A stretch of DNA of 31,019 bases from contig JAYZAC010000160.1 in the NCBI GenBank assembly GCA_036339875.1, positions 1 through 31,019 of the forward strand, in the 5' to 3' direction. The stretch's first letter is position 1; every line of letters starts with the position of its first letter. The translations under genes and the position numbers were made by a program. The notes beneath the pieces were generated by a model. It saw only the letters and a list, made by a program, of their open reading frames with translations, made no database searches and was not told the DNA's origin. This stretch comes from a bacterium (GTDB taxonomy: Bacteria; Muiribacteriota; UBA6191). Below are positions 7,558 to 16,088 of the stretch, piece after piece.

Positions 7558-9990
7558 TTAAGCTCTTTCAGGATTTGCTTTAGTTATTTCGATATGATGT
7601 TTGGAGGGTGGTTTACATTGATTTTTTCTGGTTAGATGCCAATTATGATCTCCAAAGAAGAATAATTGCCCAAATTCATCATCTGTTAATCTCCTTGCTC
7701 CTAGATTAATTTTTCGCTTTGATAAACTTGGTTTGATCATTTTTATACCATCTTTAAGACCTTTTAAATAGGCCATGGGAGTTCCAGATTTAAATAGATG
7801 GTAAGCGGCCATAAAAAGTAGATGCAGAAGAATGCTGGGTATGGAGCTTTTAAGATGATTTTTAGGGAAGTTTTTGATCAATAGTGGGAAATAATTTCGG
7901 GTCATGTAGTAAGTTTTGAAACCATGAAAGCGATCAGCAGTGGCAGATCCAATATGTGTCACCTCGGCCTCAGGAACATACATGCACTTGTGACCTCTTA
8001 TTTGGCACCTAAAGCTGTAATCAACATCTTCTAGATACATAAAAAAGTCTGAATCGAATAAACCTACATCTTGGATAACTGATCGTTTATAAATGACGGC
8101 TGCACCAGTTGCACCAAATACCCATCGTTGTTTACCAAAAGTTTCGTCATCACGATTTAAGTGTCCAACATTGAAAGTTCGACCTACAGAAGTTATTCCA
8201 TCACCTGCGCTATCAATTAATTTAGGGTTTGCATGGCATAATATTTTAGAGGCTGCAAATCCAACTCTCGAATCATCTTCAAGTGCTTTGACTAAATACT
8301 TAATCCAATCTTTATCTGCTTTAGCATCATTATTTAGTAATGCAATATATTCGCCATTAGCTACTTCTATGCCTGCATTGACAGCGTATGCAAATCCTTC
8401 ATTTTTAGGAAATTCGAGCACCTCCACCTCCGGAAAATGAGATCGTAGAATCTCAAGAGATTTATCTTGGCTACCGTTGTCAACCACTATTACCTCAACA
8501 TTAGGATAGCTTTGATGAAGTACTGAATGAACAGAGTTTCGTATAAACGCTTCTCCATTGAAATTGGGTATGATTACACTGACCAATGATTTTCCATTTC
8601 GCTTTACCTTAGCTCCGATACCAAGACGAGGCTTTTGACGGGCCTTGTGAATTAACCATTGATTTTGTGCGTAGGATACAAAGTCTTCAAGTTCGTCATG
8701 ACTCATTGCTTCTGTTCTTACTACCGAGGTTCTAAAACCATCAGCGTCAGTTACTTTACCAACTAAATGACCTTTATCCTCTAAATGTTTCATAAACTTC
8801 GAGCCCGGGAAGGGGGCTGCTACAGTAAATTGAAGACTTTCTGGATTCAGGTCTTTTGCCATTTGAAGTGTTTTTTCACAACTTTCTCTAGACTCGCCAG
8901 GAAGTCCGAACATGAATGATAAATGTGTCTTGATTCCATAGTTGTGTGTGAGGCGTATGTTTTGAACAGCTTTCGTTAAATTTAGGGACTTCTCCATGTT
9001 GTCGACGGCATTTTGATCGGCTGATTCAATTCCAAACTTCAGAGCTTGAACTCCCGATTGTTTCATAACTTTGAGGAGTTTTTCGTCGACTAAGTCAGCT
9101 CGTGACATGGCAGCCCAAGGCACTGAAAGACCTCGCCGAATCAACTCATTAGAAAATGCTGTAATGCGACGCTTATTAACGTTAAAAGTATCATCATCAA
9201 AATAAACAGACTTGAAGCCCCATTCTTTGACTAGCCATTCGAACTCATCAGCAAGATCAACGATATCACGGGTGCGATAGTCATTATTTCCATACATAAT
9301 CTGAGGCCAAGCACAGAATATACATTTGAAAGGACATCCTCTAGAGGCCCACATCTGAACCGAAGGAGTTGTTATATTACCCGGTTCATCATGATAATTA
9401 AGCATTGGTAACTGATCTCTTGCTGGCCATGGGTAAACATTGATGTCAGGCTGGAGTGGCCGCCTTTCAAATCCTGAAAAAGATCCATCTTCTCGCATGA
9501 ATGTACAGCCGAGTAAACTATTAAAATTTTCTTTCTTCTCTATTTTCTGAACAAGCTCTAGTAGGGTATCTTCATATTCTCCCACTAAAAAATAGTCTAC
9601 TTCACTGTGTTGACAGACAAATTCCTCTTTTTCCATTTCATTGGCTAAGCCCATAAAGATGACTTTCAATTGAGGAAGTAGTTTCTTCGCTTGCTTTGCT
9701 ATCTGTAAATCATTTTCCATTGAAAATGAACTAATTTCCATGCATAGTAAATCTGGTTTATGAAGTTCTAGGAAGCGATAAAATTCCTGATGCGTTTGCT
9801 TTAGAGCTAGACTATCAATCATTTTAGGCTTGTATCCATGTTGTTCAAGCCAACTACATGCATGCGCCATGAAGAAGGGGAATGGCATGTACTGCATGTT
9901 GTCAGCTTCGAAATGTGGCCAGCGTGAACCAGCTCTAACTGCGTAAAAGCCTTTTTTGTACCAAGGTGGATTGCTAAGTAAAATCTTCAT
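7558..9990 (-). CDS. B12-binding radical SAM enzyme fused to a C-terminal GT2 glycosyltransferase
   Basis: N-terminal cobalamin-binding-type domain (MKILLSNPP...GEYE...YPWPARD), SRGCPFKCIFC (CxxxCxxC), FDDDTF, GIES. Then GT2 motifs VSVIIPNFNG, VVDNGSQD, LLNND, FFMYLEDVD. Start likely ATG 9990 rather than TTG 10026. Confidence 0.9.
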   Translation of the reverse strand: MKILLSNPPWYKKGFYAVRAGSRWPHFEADNMQYMPFPFFMAHACSWLEQHGYKPKMIDSLALKQTHQEFYRFLELHKPDLLCMEISSFSMENDLQIAKQAKKLLPQLKVIFMGLANEMEKEEFVCQHSEVDYFLVGEYEDTLLELVQKIEKKENFNSLLGCTFMREDGSFSGFERRPLQPDINVYPWPARDQLPMLNYHDEPGNITTPSVQMWASRGCPFKCIFCAWPQIMYGNNDYRTRDIVDLADEFEWLVKEWGFKSVYFDDDTFNVNKRRITAFSNELIRRGLSVPWAAMSRADLVDEKLLKVMKQSGVQALKFGIESADQNAVDNMEKSLNLTKAVQNIRLTHNYGIKTHLSFMFGLPGESRESCEKTLQMAKDLNPESLQFTVAAPFPGSKFMKHLEDKGHLVGKVTDADGFRTSVVRTEAMSHDELEDFVSYAQNQWLIHKARQKPRLGIGAKVKRNGKSLVSVIIPNFNGEAFIRNSVHSVLHQSYPNVEVIVVDNGSQDKSLEILRSHFPEVEVLEFPKNEGFAYAVNAGIEVANGEYIALLNNDAKADKDWIKYLVKALEDDSRVGFAASKILCHANPKLIDSAGDGITSVGRTFNVGHLNRDDETFGKQRWVFGATGAAVIYKRSVIQDVGLFDSDFFMYLEDVDYSFRCQIRGHKCMYVPEAEVTHIGSATADRFHGFKTYYMTRNYFPLLIKNFPKNHLKSSIPSILLHLLFMAAYHLFKSGTPMAYLKGLKDGIKMIKPSLSKRKINLGARRLTDDEFGQLFFFGDHNWHLTRKNQCKPPSKHHIEITKANPERA

Positions 9991-10145
9991 ATTATGCCTT
10001 TTAATATATTCTAAACGTAGGAGCAAAGTGGATCAATGGAAACCCTAAAAATTGCTAGTCTTCGTGTAAAAGAAAACAAAAAATACTCAGTTTGGTTAAA
10101 ATTTGTTGGCTGTTTTCCCGAGATAAAGTCATCTGGAGGTAATAA

Positions 10146-10613
10146 ATGAAGTTTTTAATCAACTTAATAATAGCAGTTTTAGTACTGACAAACCTAAGTG
10201 CATCCACTGAAGATTCATTGGCTCAGTGTTATGCGGCTTTCCTCCCAGAGCTTAAACAGGGAACGATGACTAAAGATGAAATGAAGTTCTTAGAAAAGGT
10301 TACTCGTGGGATTCAAGTGTATGAGCTAATTTTGGCGGAAGCAAAAAATAAAGGTGATATGGAAAAAATTTCTGGTACCTTACAGTTGCTAAAAAAATAC
10401 TCTGCAATACTTAAAGATATCTACGATTCTACAGAACCACCCGTATTGTACAGAATGAAGAAATGTTTACCTAACGTCATGAAAAATTTAGTTACTTCAG
10501 GTGTTGGAGCGAGATCACTCGAAATTATATTTGATTATAAAAAACTTAAAGAAATCAAACAAAGAGCGGGTGCTGTGCGGAAGAAAAAACCATCGATATT
10601 ACAAAATTTCTAG
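10146..10613 (+). CDS. Hypothetical exported protein
   Basis: GGAGGT RBS; Sec signal peptide MKFLINLIIAVLVLTNLSA; helical-looking mature part. Confidence 0.75.
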   Translation: MKFLINLIIAVLVLTNLSASTEDSLAQCYAAFLPELKQGTMTKDEMKFLEKVTRGIQVYELILAEAKNKGDMEKISGTLQLLKKYSAILKDIYDSTEPPVLYRMKKCLPNVMKNLVTSGVGARSLEIIFDYKKLKEIKQRAGAVRKKKPSILQNF

Positions 10614-10644
10614 CTATTATATGACTAAGTTATGAATACTATTT

Positions 10645-11019
10645 CTATCGCATAGAAATATTTACTTCAGCATTATCACTAACTTTAAGTGATTGTTGAA
10701 ATAATTCATTAGCCACGTAGCACATCTTATTTATTTCGTTGTCCGAAAATCTTACTTGATAGGTTGCTAAGCGCTCGCTTTGATCATTTTTAACTGATAG
10801 GACTTCTTTCCTAAATTTATTTTTCAGTAGTTCTTGCATGGTTTTTTGCATATGTTCTTCAAAAAAATTGCCCGCCGGAATATCGAGTATGTAATTTTCT
10901 CCTATTTTGGCAAATTGTAAAAAATAAGGATATCCCTGCGGCTCCATTATGAAGTAAGTGAGATTATCATCGTCAATGAAATCATTGATCTGAGCTAAAA
11001 TACTTTGAATTATAGTCAT
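10645..11019 (-). CDS. Hypothetical protein (possible YbjN/T3SS-chaperone-like alpha/beta fold)
   Basis: 124-aa ORF with GAGGT RBS; YFIM...YFLQFA pattern only loosely suggests the fold. Confidence 0.6.
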   Translation of the reverse strand: MTIIQSILAQINDFIDDDNLTYFIMEPQGYPYFLQFAKIGENYILDIPAGNFFEEHMQKTMQELLKNKFRKEVLSVKNDQSERLATYQVRFSDNEINKMCYVANELFQQSLKVSDNAEVNISMR

Positions 11020-11033
11020 AAATACCTCTATTT

Positions 11034-14000
11034 CTAAGGGAGAGTGTTTAAGTAATTGGTGATAATATTTTTATATTTTTTGGGTGCCTTATACCTTCTA
11101 AGGATTTCCTGAGAAGAGTCATTAGTTCCACCTGAGATACTAGTTTCACCGATTTGTTTATCAAAAGCTTTATATTTAGCGGTTTCAGATTTTCTCTTTC
11201 TCCCTTCCTGTTGCTGTTTCAGTGCTTGTTGAGCCTCGAGCAATTTATACTCAATTTTCTTTTGTTCAGATTGGGTTTTAGAGCCACTTTGACTAACCTT
11301 CAGGCGTTTTTCAACTTCTTGCATTTTTTGTCCAACTTGACCAAGGCTTTGAGCTAGTTCAGACTTTTCCTTATATCGATTATAGAGTTTTTCAGTAGAT
11401 TTTCTGACTAGTTGCTGTTGAAAAGCAAGTTGCTGCATCATTTGCTGTTGTAGCGCTGTATCTTTTTTTTGTTGCATTCTTTGGTGCATTTGTTGAGTTT
11501 TTTGATTTATTGATTGTTGCTGTTGTGTTATCTCATCCAATGATTCCAGATATTGACTCAAATCCATTGATTGTCTTTGTTGTTCCAATTGATCTTTCAA
11601 ATTTAATAAAATTGCAGAAAGTTGATTATTAAACTGAAATACTTGATCAATTGGCTTTGTTCTCTGTTTCGGTCTATCAGCAGCGAAAAAATCAACTGTA
11701 GCTATTATTTTTTCTTGTAAGAGATCTACGATGCGGAGAATTACTTTTTGGAAACTCAAATTTTCTTGATACGTCTCTTTGATTTGAGACCCTAAATGTT
11801 TAACGGAACTATCCAAGAAAGAGAACTTGCGAGCAGCATATCGTTTCCGATTTAAGCCCGTCAAAAATTTAATACCATGATCGATATCTTTTATGAAAAT
11901 ACTTTGTAGAAGTGTTTCTCTCAAAAACAAATTCAGTTGCTCTAAATCAATTCTCATCACTTTTTGTTGTGCTGCTCGATTGCTTTCATTTAGATCTTGT
12001 TGTAATTCTTGTAGATACTTCTGAATTTCCGCGTTATTTTTGGCAGTTTCTTCAGAGTTATTTTTCTGGATAGATTTTTTCATCATAGAGTATTCATGAC
12101 TAATCCTTGCCCCCTGTTCTTGTAAGCTTTTTTTTAATTGTTTACGAAGTTCAGATTCAAGACCTTTATCATCACTTAATTCATCAAGCTCATTTTTGAT
12201 TTTGTTGAAATTCTCGTTAAGACTATTCGAAAGTGTAGTTGATACTTGTTTATTCTGAGATATTAGGTTTTGGACCTCTTCATGGTCCTTAAGTAATTTT
12301 TCTAGGCGCTTTAAGTTTTTTCTAAATTTTCGTTTAGCTTTTACTTTTTTAAGAGTGGCGAGAGTACGGTCTAATTCCTCCGAAAATTTTTGTTTATCAA
12401 AACGGTTCATCATATTTTGCATCTGCTGATTATTCAATTGAGGGGCATTTTTTGCCATATTTTTTAATGCCATCATTTGAGCTTTCATATCTTGCATAAT
12501 TTCCTGATATAAATCTTTTACTTGCTCCATTTTCATCAAGGTACCCTCGTCGAGAAGTTGATTCTCACGCTCTTTTCTGAGAGTTTCATTTAGTTTTTGC
12601 TCCAATTCTTCTGCTTTTTTTTGAATTTCTTCTCTCTTTTGGACCAATTCTTTGAGCTGTTGTTGTTTTTTGGGGCTTACCTTTCGATTCGGTTTCAGTT
12701 TGTCTTTTTTCATTTGGGATATAAGCACTTCCGAATCTTTCTGATCTTTTTGAATATTATTTAGTTCTTCCACCATATACTGAGTTTCATTCTCAGCATC
12801 TTCATAAGCTTCAAAAGTATAGGGAACATGAACAAAGTGAGTACTTGAATAGCCTGGTCCGTGAGAAGGGTGATTATCCCAAGCTAAAACTTGATAAGAC
12901 ATAGTATCGCCCGGTTGCATATAAAGGCTGGGAATTTCAGCAGTGATGTCGTTAATCCATCGAGTGCCTGTGACTTCTGTAAGTTGAATAGAACCTGTAG
13001 AGCTAATGTAATTCATTTCGAAACGTTGTCTTACTTTGTATTTGAGTTCTAATTTATCTAGGCCCAAATCATCTTCGGCATCGATAGAGATGTCCAGTCT
13101 TTCAAATACGCCTTGAGCTATTTTCAACTTAATATTTGGTTTGAGAATATTCACTTTTGGTTTGTTATCTTGATGAGCTTTCAAATGATATAGCTGAGAG
13201 CTATCCTTAAATCCATCTTCGTCAATAAATGAAAAGCTTAGTGGTTGTGAGTTCTTAAATTTACCGTTAAAATTTATTCTTTTAGAAGGCTTGAAATTAT
13301 CTAAAACAAAGTCCCCAGTGGATGTATCTAATCCTTTTACAGAAACTTTTTTGTTGAAGGTGAATTGAAGATTTACAAAACTATTTTGTAGTATCGAAAA
13401 TGGTAGTCCCATAAAGCTTTCTTCTTTACTATGAGCGTATTTTGGAGCTTTTACGGTAACCTTAGTTGAGATTATTTGAGGAAAGTCTACCATGCGAAAA
13501 CGCACAAGCTCAGACTTCTGACTTCCTGAACGTCCTTGAATCCATAAATCCTCGTTCGAGCCTTGGGTTTGTGTTTTGAATTCAAATTGGTCTCCATTAA
13601 TTGAAATCAATTGTTCTACATCCAAAGTTTCTATAATCTGTTTTTTTTGATTTAAAATTACTATTTCTAGTGGAAAAAGGGGTTCTCCATGAACTTCACC
13701 AGAAATTTCAAAGCTAATATTTTTCAAGTAAGCTTTTTTGTTACTAATGATTATTTTCAGTTGTCCTCTGGAACTTCCTCCTAAGTCAGCTAGAGCAAGG
13801 AGAGTACGATTTGTTTTGCCCTGAATATGTAGGCTTATAACTATCATAATTGTTAAAAGACCTAGAGCTATGTTTCTATATGGATGTAAGCTGAGAATTT
13901 TAGTCTTAGGCCAATTATGTTCCAGTTTTTTTGTTGTTTGTTCGAGATATTTTTCTTTGATGATATCTTTATTGGGGTTTCCTTCAATAATGGCTGAAAT

Positions 14001-14300
14001 CTCATTTTTTAGTATTGAAGAATTTAATTCCTCAAAGCGATATACAAAATGTTTAAGAGTATTATCTTTCATTAAACGGATTGTTCGAAGCATCAGGATT
14101 AGGAGAGGTATTTGTCCCAGTATTATTAGGCCAATAAATAGATGCCGAAAAGAGGGCATTATTGGATGTAGGCCATATACCCACGTAATAGCAAAAATGT
14201 AGATAGTTTCAATCAAAACAACTTTGAAAAAAAAGTCGCAGACCTGCATAACTAAATTTAATCGATGCTGATTTCGAAGATAGTTCGTGCAGGGACTCAT
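11034..14300 (-). CDS. DUF4175-like membrane-anchored protein with Ig-like domains and a long Gln-rich coiled coil
   Basis: N-terminal TM helices; DNKPKVNILKP...AEDDLGL...GDTMSYQVLAWDN..GP segment; Q/E/K-rich coiled coil; C-terminal YKNIITNYLNTL. ATGA overlap with mtaB. Confidence 0.65.
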   Translation of the reverse strand: MSPCTNYLRNQHRLNLVMQVCDFFFKVVLIETIYIFAITWVYGLHPIMPSFRHLFIGLIILGQIPLLILMLRTIRLMKDNTLKHFVYRFEELNSSILKNEISAIIEGNPNKDIIKEKYLEQTTKKLEHNWPKTKILSLHPYRNIALGLLTIMIVISLHIQGKTNRTLLALADLGGSSRGQLKIIISNKKAYLKNISFEISGEVHGEPLFPLEIVILNQKKQIIETLDVEQLISINGDQFEFKTQTQGSNEDLWIQGRSGSQKSELVRFRMVDFPQIISTKVTVKAPKYAHSKEESFMGLPFSILQNSFVNLQFTFNKKVSVKGLDTSTGDFVLDNFKPSKRINFNGKFKNSQPLSFSFIDEDGFKDSSQLYHLKAHQDNKPKVNILKPNIKLKIAQGVFERLDISIDAEDDLGLDKLELKYKVRQRFEMNYISSTGSIQLTEVTGTRWINDITAEIPSLYMQPGDTMSYQVLAWDNHPSHGPGYSSTHFVHVPYTFEAYEDAENETQYMVEELNNIQKDQKDSEVLISQMKKDKLKPNRKVSPKKQQQLKELVQKREEIQKKAEELEQKLNETLRKERENQLLDEGTLMKMEQVKDLYQEIMQDMKAQMMALKNMAKNAPQLNNQQMQNMMNRFDKQKFSEELDRTLATLKKVKAKRKFRKNLKRLEKLLKDHEEVQNLISQNKQVSTTLSNSLNENFNKIKNELDELSDDKGLESELRKQLKKSLQEQGARISHEYSMMKKSIQKNNSEETAKNNAEIQKYLQELQQDLNESNRAAQQKVMRIDLEQLNLFLRETLLQSIFIKDIDHGIKFLTGLNRKRYAARKFSFLDSSVKHLGSQIKETYQENLSFQKVILRIVDLLQEKIIATVDFFAADRPKQRTKPIDQVFQFNNQLSAILLNLKDQLEQQRQSMDLSQYLESLDEITQQQQSINQKTQQMHQRMQQKKDTALQQQMMQQLAFQQQLVRKSTEKLYNRYKEKSELAQSLGQVGQKMQEVEKRLKVSQSGSKTQSEQKKIEYKLLEAQQALKQQQEGRKRKSETAKYKAFDKQIGETSISGGTNDSSQEILRRYKAPKKYKNIITNYLNTLP

Positions 14301-15595
14301 GTTGTTACCAATTTTGCGTGAACCTTATTCCTATGAAATTCCTCAACTTTAACAGAGACCATTTGTAGACTTTTATTAGTTTCACTTTCGAATATGACTG
14401 GCACATAGTTACTACTCAAGCCCTTAAAGTAGCCCGATGCAGGTCGTTCTCTTTCTACTACGACTTGAAGTTTGCGACCAACTTGTCGATTCAGGAAAGC
14501 ATCTTTTCGGATATTAGAAAGTTCTGTTAGTCGACGATTACGCGACTTTTTAATCGGGTTTTCAATATGGTTCGGCAGCTTTTCTGCTACAGTTTTTTCG
14601 CGACTAGAAAAAGTAAAAACGTGAAAGTAATCTAGAGGCATTGCTTGTATATTTTTAAAGCCTTCTTCGAAGGAGGCTTCATCTTCACCTGGGAAACCAA
14701 CTATTACATCAGTACCCAGACAAAATTCAGGGTTATTCTGCTTAATATATTTTAGCCTATCTGTATATTCTTCTATTGTATATTTACGACGCATAGCTTT
14801 CAGTAAATCATTTTGAGCACCTTGAAGCGCTATGTGAAGATGATTACAAATTTTTGGATGACTTACTAGAAATTCCAGTAAATCGGGTGACAAGTCGACA
14901 GGTTCTATTGATGAGATTCTTATTCGTCCAAGTCCAGACACTTCTACAGATTTTTTTAGAAGTTCTAGTAGGTCTATATTGCCATCTCTATACTGACCGA
15001 GGTTAACACCCGTCAGAACTATCTCGGGATAATTGGGAGCAAGTTCTTCTAATTGCTTTAATACTGTATCAGCCTCAAGACTGCGGGAACGGCCTCTTGC
15101 ACGAGGAATTATACAATAGGAACAAAAAGCATTGCAGCCATCCTGTACTTTCAAAAAGGGGCGGGATTGAAATTTTATGGAATCTAAGACAGATTTTTCG
15201 GGTACTGTTTTGGTATTCAAATCGTTTATATCTGGTGCGATACATTTATAAAAATTTTCTTTTTCGTGATTTTCAACCCAGAGATCGATATCTAAAGAGT
15301 CTAGAATTTCTGAATCAGTTTGTGCATAGCAGCCAGTAACTACAATGTAAGCATCTTCGTTTTTTCGGCGATAAGAGCGAATCATTTTTCTGGAATCACG
15401 AGATGCTTGATTTGTTACGCTACAAGTATTAATTACCACAACGTCAGCCACACTTTGTCTGAACAGAGGTGTCAACCCGAGTTTTTCAGCTTGGCTTCTC
15501 ATTACTTCAAGTTCGTATTTATTAAGTTTACAACCTAAGGAATTAAATAAAACTGTGGAATTTTTTTCGATTCTGCGGGAACTAAATTTTTTCAT
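14297..15595 (-). CDS. mtaB: tRNA t6A37 methylthiotransferase MtaB
   Basis: LGCKLNKYE, INTCSVTNQA, VTGCYAQ, QDGCNAFCSYCIIP.ARGRSRS, HVFTFSSR..T.A, C-terminal TRAM-like region. Confidence 0.9.
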   Translation of the reverse strand: MKKFSSRRIEKNSTVLFNSLGCKLNKYELEVMRSQAEKLGLTPLFRQSVADVVVINTCSVTNQASRDSRKMIRSYRRKNEDAYIVVTGCYAQTDSEILDSLDIDLWVENHEKENFYKCIAPDINDLNTKTVPEKSVLDSIKFQSRPFLKVQDGCNAFCSYCIIPRARGRSRSLEADTVLKQLEELAPNYPEIVLTGVNLGQYRDGNIDLLELLKKSVEVSGLGRIRISSIEPVDLSPDLLEFLVSHPKICNHLHIALQGAQNDLLKAMRRKYTIEEYTDRLKYIKQNNPEFCLGTDVIVGFPGEDEASFEEGFKNIQAMPLDYFHVFTFSSREKTVAEKLPNHIENPIKKSRNRRLTELSNIRKDAFLNRQVGRKLQVVVERERPASGYFKGLSSNYVPVIFESETNKSLQMVSVKVEEFHRNKVHAKLVTT

Positions 15596-15605
15596 AATAA
15601 ATATT

Positions 15606-16088
15606 TCATTTTCTTGAAAGTAGCTGCTTTATTGAAGCTATCTTTTCAGCGACTGGGCGACAATTGTGATCTAGAGCTAGTTCAAGAAGTTCTTGTAAAG
15701 ATGCGGAAAAACTAACTTGTTGATGGATGACCGCAAATAATTCAGATACTAAAAGGGAAGTATGGAAGCGTCGCTGTAGAAAAAAATGTACTAACTCTGC
15801 CCGCATCAGTTGAGATGCTCTACCCTCTTTTCCGTAGGAGACTAAATAACCTATTAATATATGCGACTGATCAGCTCTTAATTTGTGAAGAAAAGTTTCT
15901 AATTCGGAGTCCTCCATAGCAGTATCATCAATTAGTAATACAGGCTTGAAGGGAGAGTCTTCAATTTTTATATCAGAAACCGACATTTGTCGATTCCAGC
16001 GACTAAAATTAACCATTGGATTTAATTTCAAGGATTCGATTCTTTCCCAAACTTCCTCAAGTGGACTAAGTACGAATACATGGATCAC
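15606..16088 (-). CDS. Hypothetical protein, probable degenerate receiver (REC-like) domain
   Basis: VLLIDD..M...FL.KLR...ILIGYLVSY...FFLQRRF...L pattern follows receiver beta3-beta5; GTG start overlaps the SDR stop. Confidence 0.55.
   Translation of the reverse strand: MIHVFVLSPLEEVWERIESLKLNPMVNFSRWNRQMSVSDIKIEDSPFKPVLLIDDTAMEDSELETFLHKLRADQSHILIGYLVSYGKEGRASQLMRAELVHFFLQRRFHTSLLVSELFAVIHQQVSFSASLQELLELALDHNCRPVAEKIASIKQLLSRK

Noticed and set aside
11380..11600. TGT/TGC-rich quasi-repeats
   Set aside because: Explained by Gln-rich coiled-coil codons on the minus strand; not a DNA repeat or CRISPR array.
14297..15595. MtaB as part of the pilin/radical SAM glycosylation system
   Set aside because: It is an ordinary housekeeping tRNA methylthiotransferase in a separate transcription unit.
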